Both the position numbers and the translations under genes were made by a program. A stretch of 45,565 bases of DNA. It comes from a virus. The DNA is taken from the UHGV virus genome UHGV-1357383, one strand, 5' to 3'. The notes beneath the pieces were generated by a model. It was not told where the DNA came from. It did no database searches and saw only the letters and a program-made list of their open reading frames with translations. Shown here in pieces: positions 16,605 to 25,006 of the stretch. Position 1 is the first letter of the stretch, and each line of letters starts with the position of its first letter.

Positions 16605-17513
16605 TTATATGATGAAGTTAGTGTTGCTATCATTTCTTTTAAAGAACTCTACAACTGGAATATGCCAAAGATAAATCCAGATTGTATTTGATGATGCAAA
16701 TTCAAATAAAGGATTTATTTTTCCTATTTTTAGGGATTTTATTATCATGAAAACAGTGAAAGTCATTATTAATGAGAATGCGACATAATATAATGTCGGT
16801 GGGTATTTATAGCTTTGAGGCATGTCAATTCTCCCGTACTGGAAGTAATTGCACGCTATGTACGCTATGAAAATAGTCGAAAACATCGCGATTGAAAAAT
16901 AAATTTGTTTTTTAGAAAGTGATAGCGCCTTGTATCCAAGTATAAAAACAGATCCGTATGATATACATGGTATGATGATGTCATTTATTAAGAAGTATAT
17001 AATAAAGGGGGTAGGGTGGGGGATGAGTTTTGAAATTAACAACGATATCATTAAAAAAAAGAAAGCCAGGATGGATATGAAATACCCACTCACCCTGTTA
17101 GCTAAAAGAGTAAGTAGTGGGGAGAGAAGTGCGACAAGCAAAAATACTTTGATTATCCATACATACCCAAATCCACTTAACATAAATGTCAATATAATTG
17201 TTTTTATAGTTAAGTCATTTGTAAAACTAGTAACCCCGAAAGCATATATGAAAGAAAAGAATAAAGAAAAGAAAACCCATACGGGTAATACCAGTCTTTT
17301 GAATCTAGATAGGATGTACGGGACGATTCTAACATTTGTTTTACCTGAGTAATAATATGACATTCCCGAGACAAATACCATCATGGGTACATCAAAAGTT
17401 CTTATCTGGAAAAGTACATTAGGGGGATTAACGTGAGCTAGTATTATTAACAGTATCCCTGCTAACCTCATCAAATCTATCGTTGTATTTCTACTAACCA
17501 TAATCACTCCCAA
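16605..17513 (-). CDS. Acyltransferase family 3 membrane protein (O-antigen/capsule O-acetyltransferase-like lysogenic conversion gene, 302 aa)
   Basis: N-terminal MRLAGILLIILAHV signature of acyltransferase_3. Polytopic hydrophobic protein. Very AT-rich gene on the opposite strand from the tail genes. Confidence 0.75.
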   Translation of the reverse strand: MGVIMVSRNTTIDLMRLAGILLIILAHVNPPNVLFQIRTFDVPMMVFVSGMSYYYSGKTNVRIVPYILSRFKRLVLPVWVFFSLFFSFIYAFGVTSFTNDLTIKTIILTFMLSGFGYVWIIKVFLLVALLSPLLTLLANRVSGYFISILAFFFLMISLLISKLIPHPTPFIIYFLINDIIIPCISYGSVFILGYKALSLSKKQIYFSIAMFSTIFIAYIACNYFQYGRIDMPQSYKYPPTLYYVAFSLIMTFTVFMIIKSLKIGKINPLFEFASSNTIWIYLWHIPVVEFFKRNDSNTNFII

Positions 17514-17932
17514 TAATCAATATGTTTTGTTAAAAATTAATTAAAAAATGCAAACAATGTATTCTATGTTGTATTGTGCTCTGCAGTAGGTGGGAAATAT
17601 CTTAAAAATAGGTAGCCGACGTAATCGAGGGATGTGTGAAGACGGTTTATAAATATTTTCCAGCCGGTTAAGTTTGCTCACCTGCGAACCGTATGCAAGA
17701 GACCGCAGATGAGCAAATTGCTATGAAGGCATTGCCATAGCTGAAAAATTTTAACCGCACCCTGTTTGTAAAACCATCAAACAGCTAAGGCCTGAAAACA
17801 CTCTAAGACTTACCTTACTCGTTACATCAATGCGTTACGGCAATTACATAAATTGATAGCCAGAACCTATATTGATCTGTCGCTTTGTTAAAATTACTGT
17901 ATATAAAAACAGTATTTATCGGAGGACAGATC

Positions 17933-18172
17933 ATGCTTCGACAGTCAGACATCGCCGCGGCTTTCCGCGAGTCCATTTTGCGCAGTTCCAAGGGGTTCCA
18001 TTACCTTCACACCCGCGACTTCGTTACTGCGCTTCGCCGGCGCGGCATTCACTTTACCGAGGTTGAGGCGAACTCCTGGATATCGCGGGAACAAACGTAT
18101 TTCGTCGATAAGACGCCTGACCATAGCGAAAACAGGCTGTGGATGATGGCCAACATGGGGAGGGTGATCTAA
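17933..18172 (+). CDS. Hypothetical protein (79 aa) upstream of the UmuD'-like gene
   Basis: ATG with GGAGGA RBS. Its stop overlaps the next ATG (TAATG). Confidence 0.45.
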   Translation: MLRQSDIAAAFRESILRSSKGFHYLHTRDFVTALRRRGIHFTEVEANSWISREQTYFVDKTPDHSENRLWMMANMGRVI

Positions 18173-18489
18173 TGGGCTTTCCTTCACCCGCGACGGATTA
18201 CGTCGAGCAGCGACTGTCTGTCAACTCGATCTGCAATGTTGGGCCTAATACGTTGCTCTTCGAACGGTCTGGCGGTTACGTTGTGCTGGATATCTCCCTG
18301 AAACCAAGGCAGGGAAGTCAGGTTCTGATCCAGCACGGTGGCGGGACGGAGATTGCCACGCTGAGAGGAAAGGCGCTGATTACCGAAGATGGCGAAGCGA
18401 TCGAGGGTGAAGCCCTGGACGATGTAACTGTTATCGGGGTCGTGACGTTTACTATCTGCGATGTGCGCCAGGACAATGCGGTTGTTTAG
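18172..18489 (+). CDS. UmuD'-like (LexA/S24-fold) protein lacking the catalytic Ser segment (105 aa)
   Basis: GFPSPATDYVEQRLSVN matches UmuD GFPSPAADYVEQRIDLN. C-terminal beta region aligns. The GDSM Ser region is deleted. Confidence 0.6.
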   Translation: MGFPSPATDYVEQRLSVNSICNVGPNTLLFERSGGYVVLDISLKPRQGSQVLIQHGGGTEIATLRGKALITEDGEAIEGEALDDVTVIGVVTFTICDVRQDNAVV

Positions 18490-18654
18490 TTGCTGTCGAT
18501 GAGTGGAAGAGCTCGTGGCTGCTGTGTCGTAGATGTGGCGTGACAGGAATGCACGATAAAGACAGGGATGTATTCAAACGACACGAAACGACACAAAACC
18601 GGATGCGAACGCGGTAAACATGTGTGATTACAGTGAGTTATTTAACGCTCTACT

Positions 18655-18701
18655 TTCTTCTAAGCCGTAGGTCACAGGTTCGAACCCTGTAGGGCGTACC
18701 A
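18655..18701 (+). tRNA. 3' fragment of a tRNA-Arg(TCT)-like gene (anticodon loop to CCA), the attP core
   Basis: Anticodon loop cttctaa, variable loop, T-arm acagg-ttcgaac-cctgt, acceptor 3' strand and CCA are present. 5' acceptor, D and anticodon 5' stems are absent. Abuts the integrase stop. Confidence 0.5.
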
Positions 18702-18716
18702 TTAAGAATCAGTTAC

Positions 18717-19880
18717 TTACGCAAGTTTTAGTCCAGCCTGATTTCCTCCTTGTGTCGTATTTGTGTCGCTAGCGCCAAAAATGGCGTCAATTTTCCGTGC
18801 GTGCTCGGTCAAATGATTTGGTGCCAGGTGAGCATAACGGCGCACCATCTCGATGCTCTCCCATCCTCCCATTTCCTGCAAAACAGAAAGCGGTACGCCG
18901 GACTGAATTAGCCAGCTCGCCCAGGTGTGCCGGAGGTCGTGAAAACGGAAATCCTCGATCCCCGCTTTTTTCAACCCGGCGCGCCAGGCGTTATTGTCAT
19001 CCACCCGCATTTTTCTAACTGCGGGCGTCAGCGTCCCATCAGGGCGATGCTTTGCCGTGGTGTGAACGAACACCCACCGGGAATGCTTCCCTATCTGATC
19101 CCTTAACACCCTGCATGCGGTATCATTCAGAGCTACGCCAATCGCCTTGCCCGCTTTTGCGTTCTCCGGATTTACCCATGCAACCTTTCTCTGCATATCG
19201 ACCTGCTGCCACTCAAGCCCGATGATGTTTGAGCGGCGCAGGCCGGTTGCCAGTGCAAATATCACCACTGGCTTAATGCTCTCCGGCATGCACTCGATCA
19301 GCCGCTCAGCTTCTTCTCTGGTCAGCCACCGTATCCGCTTACTGATCGGCTTGCGGGTTTTGATAACAGGGGCTGTTTTTATCCAGCCCCAGTCATTCGC
19401 CGCGGCCCTGAGAAGGGATCGAATGAAGGAAAGGTGTTGCGCCTTCGTCGCCTGCGAAACCTGCCGTGGTTTGTACTCCGGAACAGGCTTACCCTTCCTC
19501 AGCGCGGCATCACGCTTACTCTCCCACACCTGCAGGTGCTTGCGGTTGATCATCCCGTTAACGGCTTCGTGAACTTCCTCCGCCGTTATCTTCGAGACAT
19601 CACGGCCGGAAAAATGCTGCAGCCAAAACTCAATTTTGGTTTTGTCATCATCCAGCGATCGCTTATGGTCCTTTTCCCGCAGCCACCGGATGCAGCACTC
19701 TTCAAAGGTTCTGACGGGCAGGTCGCCGATCTGGTCAACCCGCCACGCTTCCGCCTTCAGCTTGTCGTGGAGCTCCTGAGCCTGCTTTTTGTCCCCCGTG
19801 CCAAGAGATCGCCTAACTCTTTTTCCTGACGGCGTAAAGAAATGACAGTGCCACACGCCGCCCCTGAGGGTGATTGACAT
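18717..19880 (-). CDS. int: Tyrosine integrase (387 aa)
   Basis: C-terminal R...HxxR...Y catalytic pattern (HDLRHTWAS...RRYAHL). Adjacent to the tRNA fragment. Confidence 0.9.
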   Translation of the reverse strand: MSITLRGGVWHCHFFTPSGKRVRRSLGTGDKKQAQELHDKLKAEAWRVDQIGDLPVRTFEECCIRWLREKDHKRSLDDDKTKIEFWLQHFSGRDVSKITAEEVHEAVNGMINRKHLQVWESKRDAALRKGKPVPEYKPRQVSQATKAQHLSFIRSLLRAAANDWGWIKTAPVIKTRKPISKRIRWLTREEAERLIECMPESIKPVVIFALATGLRRSNIIGLEWQQVDMQRKVAWVNPENAKAGKAIGVALNDTACRVLRDQIGKHSRWVFVHTTAKHRPDGTLTPAVRKMRVDDNNAWRAGLKKAGIEDFRFHDLRHTWASWLIQSGVPLSVLQEMGGWESIEMVRRYAHLAPNHLTEHARKIDAIFGASDTNTTQGGNQAGLKLA

Positions 19881-20092
19881 AAAACTTCTCCTTTATGTTC
19901 ACCCGCGTTCGCAATGACAGGATCGCGCGGGGTTTTCAAATATGCAATACACGCCGCCTCGGTCGTTCTGTACTTGTTGCCGACCTTGCGGCCGGCGAGC
20001 TCCCCAGACTCAATCAGGCGGTAGATCACCCGCGCAGACACGATGAGCAAATCGGCGGCCTGCTGTGCTGTTATCGGTTTGTCAGATGCCAT
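19757..20092 (-). CDS. xis: Excisionase (HTH_17-like), overlapping the int start
   Basis: N-terminus [42 protein letters not shown] is a typical Xis HTH. Overlaps int by about 120 nt in a different frame. Confidence 0.65.
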   Translation of the reverse strand: MASDKPITAQQAADLLIVSARVIYRLIESGELAGRKVGNKYRTTEAACIAYLKTPRDPVIANAGEHKGEVLCQSPSGAACGTVISLRRQEKELGDLLARGTKSRLRSSTTS

Positions 20093-20093
20093 A

Positions 20094-20309
20094 TCACCTC
20101 CGATGCTTACCGCGTAATTCCTCTTCTTCTTGACAGTCAGCGCAGCGCTGGCAGCCCGCCACCAGTTCCCGGCGCCGCTCGGGTATCTCTTCCCCGCAGT
20201 CGCGGCAATGAGTAGCTGAAACTGCGTTATGGTTGATGCGCATGTTCTGGATGGTCATTTCCAGCCGGCGCTCTGCCAGCTCGTTGGCCTGATCGATGAT
20301 TTCTGGCAT
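20094..20309 (-). CDS. TraR/DksA-family C4 zinc-finger protein (71 aa)
   Basis: CRDCGEEIPERRR...CQRCADC four-Cys motif typical of phage TraR-like proteins. Confidence 0.7.
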   Translation of the reverse strand: MPEIIDQANELAERRLEMTIQNMRINHNAVSATHCRDCGEEIPERRRELVAGCQRCADCQEEEELRGKHRR

Positions 20310-20310
20310 G

Positions 20311-20529
20311 TCAGCGCTCCTTTATCTTTCCGTTCAAAATGCCGATTTCCACATAGAGATGGCTTGGCGTTAACCCAAGCTGCCTTATCAGCGGCATGCA
20401 TCCGTTGAGGATCGGTCGTGATATCTCGTCGCAACTTAAAGCGGGAGATGACCGCCGTTTTGCCTTAACCTCATCGTTAGCCCTGCGCGCGATGCTTCTG
20501 AGCGCATTTTTCTTTTCTTCTGGCGTCAT
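20311..20529 (-). CDS. Small hypothetical protein (72 aa)
   Basis: ATG (MTPEEKK) directly after the upstream stop. The track ORF extends further 5' and overlaps the upstream gene. Confidence 0.4.
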   Translation of the reverse strand: MTPEEKKNALRSIARRANDEVKAKRRSSPALSCDEISRPILNGCMPLIRQLGLTPSHLYVEIGILNGKIKER

Positions 20530-21296
20530 GCTGCCTCCCGCTTCTTGTTGAGATGGGGTGCATTCGAAAGGAAAACCGCCTTTGCAAATCCAAGAGGCGT
20601 TGCGCTGCGAATGTTGGCGCGCTCGTCGCTGGGCGGACATTCGTGAATTCGGTTGTCCGGATACCAGTCAGTCACTAATCCGGCAAAGGACGTTCCGGAT
20701 ATGGCTTCGATCGCCTTTTTCTTCGGCATCATGCGGCCGCAGGCTAGCTTCACGGCGTCGATAGCCGCTTCAACCATCGGGTGCATATTCTCTGCCGGCG
20801 CATTGAAACCGTTACCCGTCCAGAGGCATGTCTGCTTCGTGTAGTTGTCATCCGTGCACAGCCCAGTGAACTGGTACGGATGGAATGTGTAATCGGCCGA
20901 GCCGAATATGCTACTGAACACGCTCACCGGGTTTTCGAATGCCCACGGGCAGCCAGCCGCTAAACCAGTCATCCGACATTGCTCAGCGACCAGCGCGGCC
21001 TTGGCCTGGAAATGCGGGTCTTTGGCGCGCTTGGACTCGAACCAGCGGGACCCGGAAACAGCCACGTCCGTGCATGGTGGGAAGCCGATGACGATGACGA
21101 CGTTCTCAGAGCGGATGATCTGAGATAGCCGCGGCATCGCCTCAAGGATGGTTGCCGATATGCGCTCAACAGGACCGTCGATCGAAGTTTCAGGGTGCTG
21201 CGGGTCCACCAGGACAGCGCGATAACCTGCTTCGACCCATGGCTCAGCCATTTTCCCTGTTAAATCACAGAGGCAGATAACAGTACCTTTGCTCAT
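20526..21296 (-). CDS. Putative DNA (cytosine-5) methyltransferase-like protein (256 aa)
   Basis: Motif IV-like GFPPCTDVAVSGSR and motif VI-like AFENPV. N-terminal DLTGKMAEPWVEAGY is AdoMet-motif-like. Confidence 0.5.
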   Translation of the reverse strand: MSKGTVICLCDLTGKMAEPWVEAGYRAVLVDPQHPETSIDGPVERISATILEAMPRLSQIIRSENVVIVIGFPPCTDVAVSGSRWFESKRAKDPHFQAKAALVAEQCRMTGLAAGCPWAFENPVSVFSSIFGSADYTFHPYQFTGLCTDDNYTKQTCLWTGNGFNAPAENMHPMVEAAIDAVKLACGRMMPKKKAIEAISGTSFAGLVTDWYPDNRIHECPPSDERANIRSATPLGFAKAVFLSNAPHLNKKREAA

Positions 21297-21820
21297 GCTG
21301 CCTCCAGATTTCCGATCCGCTTTAACTCATCCAGCGATACGGTCGTGATGATGTGTCGCGGGGTGATGTACGGGCGCCAGATAAACAGGAGCGAGCCTTT
21401 GGGGTTGCTCATGCGCTTTCCTGTAACAGATGCCGGAACAAACTGAACACGGCCGCCGGTTATCAGCCTGAGTTCATCAGCTGATTGCATGGCTGAAATA
21501 AACCAGCCAGTAGAGATGTCAGCTGGTAGCAACATCACTACGGCATGAGACTGCGCCCGGGATTGCTCAGCAGCTTTTTCCACCCATGGGCCGATATCGG
21601 AATAGGGTGGGTTACACCAGATCGCCCCGTATGGCGTCCATTCGCTGTTCAGCGAGTCATCCAGCTCAGTGAGATAGTGAGCGCATAGCGCATTACTCTC
21701 AGAGGCTGCAGCATCCAGCCAGAAGCCAAACTCGCGGTCGAGCGCGTTGAAAATTTCAATCGGCGTTTTCCAGTAGTCACGTTCATTTTTTGGAGTTTTC
21801 GTTCCGCCATAATCAGTCAT
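21293..21820 (-). CDS. Phage N6-adenine DNA methyltransferase (Dam-like, about 175 aa)
   Basis: NPPY motif (IWCNPPYSD). Start MTDYGG at 21820 with AAGAGGTG RBS. Confidence 0.75.
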   Translation of the reverse strand: MTDYGGTKTPKNERDYWKTPIEIFNALDREFGFWLDAAASESNALCAHYLTELDDSLNSEWTPYGAIWCNPPYSDIGPWVEKAAEQSRAQSHAVVMLLPADISTGWFISAMQSADELRLITGGRVQFVPASVTGKRMSNPKGSLLFIWRPYITPRHIITTVSLDELKRIGNLEAA

Positions 21821-21848
21821 TGCGCACCTCTTTTCGTGCCTGCCTTTC

Positions 21849-22472
21849 TCATGCGGCATGGTCGTGGTTTTTTATGCTGGAAATCTCTTTCTCCAGCTCT
21901 TCCAGGAACTTTTTCACTTCGGACTCAATCTCATTTGCCAGTGCTTCGTCGAAGTGAATGCGCTTTTTGAAATAGGCGAGGTCTGGCGGTAGACGATCGT
22001 CGAAACTAACGAAATCACACCATTTACGCCCTGTGCACATCATCTGAGCGTGCATCTGCAACAGGTACTGGCGTTTTGGCTCGCCAGTTTTTAAGGTCTC
22101 AAGATGAGTCCAGGTGTTGGGGCACTTAATTTCGATAAGCCCATCACCATTAACAAGCCCATCAGGGCTTGCTGCGAATCCTGGTATAGTTGGGTGATCG
22201 ATAAGCCCCACCTCAGTGATTTCGGCATCGAACTCATTCAGCGCATACATCTCGCGTGCTACCGGCTCGAGTTCTGTTCCGCGTATCATTGCGGCGTTGG
22301 AGAAACCTTCTTCAAGCTTCCCGGTGAGGCGCTGGCAAATCAGCTCGGCCATGTAGTTCTGTCGGCTTGCTGCATAGCCAGACTTGGTTCTGGCCATGAC
22401 GTCAGCAAGGCGGCTGGCTGTGACTTTTCCGCAGCGAGCGGCAAACCATTCTGGGGTGCGTTGTTCCATCAT
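21849..22472 (-). CDS. YqaJ-like recombination exonuclease (207 aa)
   Basis: QRTPEWFAARCGKVTASRLADVM N-terminal signature of the YqaJ viral recombinase family. Confidence 0.8.
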   Translation of the reverse strand: MMEQRTPEWFAARCGKVTASRLADVMARTKSGYAASRQNYMAELICQRLTGKLEEGFSNAAMIRGTELEPVAREMYALNEFDAEITEVGLIDHPTIPGFAASPDGLVNGDGLIEIKCPNTWTHLETLKTGEPKRQYLLQMHAQMMCTGRKWCDFVSFDDRLPPDLAYFKKRIHFDEALANEIESEVKKFLEELEKEISSIKNHDHAA

Positions 22473-23215
22473 TTATCCTCCGGCGCTGCGGCATCGACAG
22501 GTTCTGCGCTGTCGACTGCAAGGCTCATGTCATACATGCGACGCTTCTCAACCGCGCCGATAACCTGTTTCTCTTCTGCGCTTAACGCCACCCAGAATTC
22601 CTGATACTTAACAGTTCCAAGGCGTGCGGCAGACTCGCCTTTTGCGATCAGTTCCGGGCGGCGGCCATCCGATTCATGCCCTACATGAACCTCTGTCGTA
22701 CTCCCTTCAATGACACGTTCGGCTTCGTCCTGATCGAAGATGCCAGCAAACCCGAATGCGAGACGCGCACACTGGATCAGCGTCTTGTGACGAAGCATGC
22801 GGGTAGGGTGGGACTGCCATGGCTGAGTATTGCGCTTGCACTCTCCCATGTACTCAGTAACGATGGTCGGGTGTGTGCGGTCTTTCCGGTATATCTTGCA
22901 GGTACACGCGCCTTCCTCCTTGTCGTAGGCAAACTCCATTCCATCAAACTGAGGATGTTCGTTGATAATTCGAGCCCAGCCGTCAACGCCGACCACTGGA
23001 ACAATTCCGCCTTTATCCGGGAATGCATAAATCTCTTTCGTCCACGGGTTCAGTCCGTACTGGTTGGCGACGATCAGCAGTGCCGTGAACTGCTCATCAG
23101 TGACATTCCCACCCTTAAATGCAGTATTTTTCAGAGTGTTCATCAGGTCAGTTCCGGCATCCATGCCGAGGCGGGAGGCAAGCTTCCCGGCCATTGTAGA
23201 AAGTGCTGTGCTCAT
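22469..23215 (-). CDS. RecT-family single-strand annealing recombinase (248 aa)
   Basis: Adjacent to and overlapping the YqaJ gene. RecT-like central region. Confidence 0.75.
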   Translation of the reverse strand: MSTALSTMAGKLASRLGMDAGTDLMNTLKNTAFKGGNVTDEQFTALLIVANQYGLNPWTKEIYAFPDKGGIVPVVGVDGWARIINEHPQFDGMEFAYDKEEGACTCKIYRKDRTHPTIVTEYMGECKRNTQPWQSHPTRMLRHKTLIQCARLAFGFAGIFDQDEAERVIEGSTTEVHVGHESDGRRPELIAKGESAARLGTVKYQEFWVALSAEEKQVIGAVEKRRMYDMSLAVDSAEPVDAAAPEDK

Positions 23216-23231
23216 AGAATTCCCCTCAAAG

Positions 23232-23516
23232 TTAAAACGGGCAGCCGGTGCGGTGATCCCAGTCGTATTCCGCCTGGGCGTAAGCTACTGCCGAGATGAG
23301 ATCGTTATATGCCTCGCCAGCTGCATCGCTGCGGAGGCCTTCGTATGGGCTTTTGTCCATAGGCACAGAGAAGCGGAACAGGCCTGACGGCTCTTTCGGC
23401 AGGGCGTCGATAATTTCCTGCGCCCGATCGTCAATCCACTTTTGCTTCTCTTCGGTGAGCGACTGCTCAGCCCATTTCCGTTCTTCGATAGCGTCGTATG
23501 CGCGGTATGCGTTCAT
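23232..23516 (-). CDS. Hypothetical protein (94 aa)
   Basis: ATG ORF in the early-left operon. Confidence 0.45.
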   Translation of the reverse strand: MNAYRAYDAIEERKWAEQSLTEEKQKWIDDRAQEIIDALPKEPSGLFRFSVPMDKSPYEGLRSDAAGEAYNDLISAVAYAQAEYDWDHRTGCPF

Positions 23517-23596
23517 AGCTCGCTCCTGAAATTTGGTTGTAAGAATCCCGGCACCGTATTGGCTGCCTGATAGCTCAGTTAAATTCTTCGTTTCGA

Positions 23597-23803
23597 TTAC
23601 CGGCTGAGACCTTGTCCCAACCCGTTCAGATAAACTTCAACCAGCAAGTCGGTTGTGTAAGTCCGCTCAATCCCACGATGCAGGTACAGGCGGCCGCGTT
23701 TATTTGCTGATGCTGTCCAGGTGCTTTCCCGATGCTTAACCAGCATCCCTGGGAGAACGGCGCCGCGGTTAACGGTCTGTGTCCCGTAATGATGACTAAC
23801 CAT
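23597..23803 (-). CDS. Hypothetical basic protein (68 aa)
   Basis: ATG overlaps the stop of the upstream small peptide (ATGGTTAG). A competing 106-aa ORF in another frame lacks an ATG. Confidence 0.3.
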   Translation of the reverse strand: MVSHHYGTQTVNRGAVLPGMLVKHRESTWTASANKRGRLYLHRGIERTYTTDLLVEVYLNGLGQGLSR

Positions 23804-23906
23804 TGAACACCCCCGTAACGTGCAGAATTTTGATAATCAACGCTGTCCAGATAACGCCGCAGATCAGCAGGCAGTAAATCAGTGAACGAATGCCTTGCTT
23901 GCTCAT
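23796..23906 (-). CDS. Small hydrophobic membrane peptide (36 aa, MSKQGIRSLIYCLLICGVIWTALIIKILHVTGVFNG)
   Basis: ATG preceded by GGGGTGG. Single predicted TM helix. Start overlaps the stop of the upstream peptide (ATGA). Confidence 0.35.
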   Translation of the reverse strand: MSKQGIRSLIYCLLICGVIWTALIIKILHVTGVFNG

Positions 23907-24010
23907 TTGCCACCCCAGCACGGATAGCTAACTGCGATAACAGCAACCAAAAACGGAACGACCTTTAACCAAAAATTACGCCATGCAGGCTTGTCTTCTT
24001 CGCGGATCAT
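23903..24010 (-). CDS. Small hydrophobic membrane peptide (35 aa, MIREEDKPAWRNFWLKVVPFLVAVIAVSYPCWGGK)
   Basis: ATG preceded by AAGGTGAAGAG. First ORF downstream of the oL-like repeats. Translated by hand from the sequence. Confidence 0.35.
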   Translation of the reverse strand: MIREEDKPAWRNFWLKVVPFLVAVIAVSYPCWGGK

Positions 24011-24089
24011 CTCTTCACCTTTGCCTTATCGCGGCTAACGGAGCGTTGTGACCTATTACCGGCGCCAACGTTGTTGTTTGGATGAGATG

Positions 24090-24180
24090 ATAATGTACTA
24101 ATGGTTCATCATTGTAAAGTACCAATAGTACATTTTTGATTTATGGATAGTTCATATTCAGGTAAGCTCATGAACTTAAA
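24090..24180. promoter_or_regulatory. oL/pL-like operator region with repeated sites (TGTACTAATGGTTCATCATTG and related)
   Basis: The 21-bp site at 24094-24114 is near-identical to 26132-26152 in the cI/cro intergenic region. Further GTAC/GTTCAT repeats lie at 24118-24177. Confidence 0.4.
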
Positions 24181-24269
24181 GTATATTTATTTTTTTCGTT
24201 CTGTTTATGGATGATGACGTATGGCAGGGCGCTTGATGCAGTGACTCTGAGGAAAAGGTGAGGTGGTAC

Positions 24270-24299
24270 AAAAAACCCGGGGTGTTCCGGGTTTTTTTC
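24270..24299. terminator. Bidirectional intrinsic terminator (A-run, aacccgg-ggtgtt-ccgggtt, T-run)
   Basis: Perfect 7-bp stem flanked by A5 and T7. Ends the cI-cassette operon on the minus strand. Confidence 0.65.
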
Positions 24300-24307
24300 T
24301 TGTAATA

Positions 24308-25006
24308 TCATGGAGTTCCAGTTAACGCCCCGTAAATCTTATACAACACAAATGCAAGAGCAGGTAGCCCTAAAGCCCATTTGATTATGTCAAGTTTAAC
24401 CTCTGTTAACTTACCTTCGATCTTTGCTTCTTGGATAGAAAGGGCTGCGTCAATTTTTTTGGACTGCGAATCGAGGGCGCTTTCAATTTTAGTCGATTGC
24501 ATGTCCAATCTACCATTAATCTTTTCATGCTGAGTGGATATCAACCCCTTGATTTCTTTCATATCTAAAGCCATTGTTTCACGCCACTTGGCCATGTCAG
24601 CTTGCATCTTAGAAGCTACAGCATCTACTTCAGCCTTGTTTGCTTTCAGTAGTGCTTGTATTTCATTTCTGTTTAAATCTGACATATGAGAATCCTGCTT
24701 GTCCTTTGGTGAAGCCGGCTTTACGAAATCTGGAGTGTAATATCCTTCTGGCGATTCAATTTCGACACCAATTGAGAAAAGTTTAGAAGATTCGTCCAAA
24801 GTTTCCTCAGGTTCTCTATCTTTTTTCTGTGGGTACATAGAAAAAATAGGTTTTTCAAAATTCGCCTTAAGTAAGTCTGAACCAGTCTGCATGAAGCTCA
24901 TAAAATCTTGAGATGGAACATTGCTAAGAGTAAGTGACAAAGGCGTAGTTGTACTACCTTTCGTGTAAGAAATGGTCAGGTCACCTACATCTTCTTCTCT
25001 TTTCAT
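24308..25006 (-). CDS. Rex-position protein B: coiled-coil protein with four 11-residue repeats and a C-terminal transmembrane anchor (232 aa)
   Basis: LDMQSTKIESA/LDSQSKKIDAA/LSIQEAKIEGK/LTEVKLDIIKW repeats followed by ALGLPALAFVLYKIYGAL. AT-rich. Translationally coupled to the upstream gene. Confidence 0.6.
   Translation of the reverse strand: MKREEDVGDLTISYTKGSTTTPLSLTLSNVPSQDFMSFMQTGSDLLKANFEKPIFSMYPQKKDREPEETLDESSKLFSIGVEIESPEGYYTPDFVKPASPKDKQDSHMSDLNRNEIQALLKANKAEVDAVASKMQADMAKWRETMALDMKEIKGLISTQHEKINGRLDMQSTKIESALDSQSKKIDAALSIQEAKIEGKLTEVKLDIIKWALGLPALAFVLYKIYGALTGTP

Noticed and set aside
16474-16674. 66-aa plus-strand ORF at the 3' end of the acyltransferase region
   Set aside because: Overlaps the acyltransferase gene on the opposite strand in AT-rich DNA. 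Hydrophobic low-complexity frame, likely spurious.
18626-18701. Possible full-length tRNA gene
   Set aside because: Only the 3' 45 nt fit a tRNA. The expected 5' acceptor strand (acgccct) and D-arm are absent, so it is an att-core fragment, not a functional tRNA.
23626-23946. 106-aa minus-strand ORF overlapping the small-peptide genes
   Set aside because: The start assigned by the track is a CTG (plus-strand cag at 23944-23946). There is no ATG anywhere in the frame.
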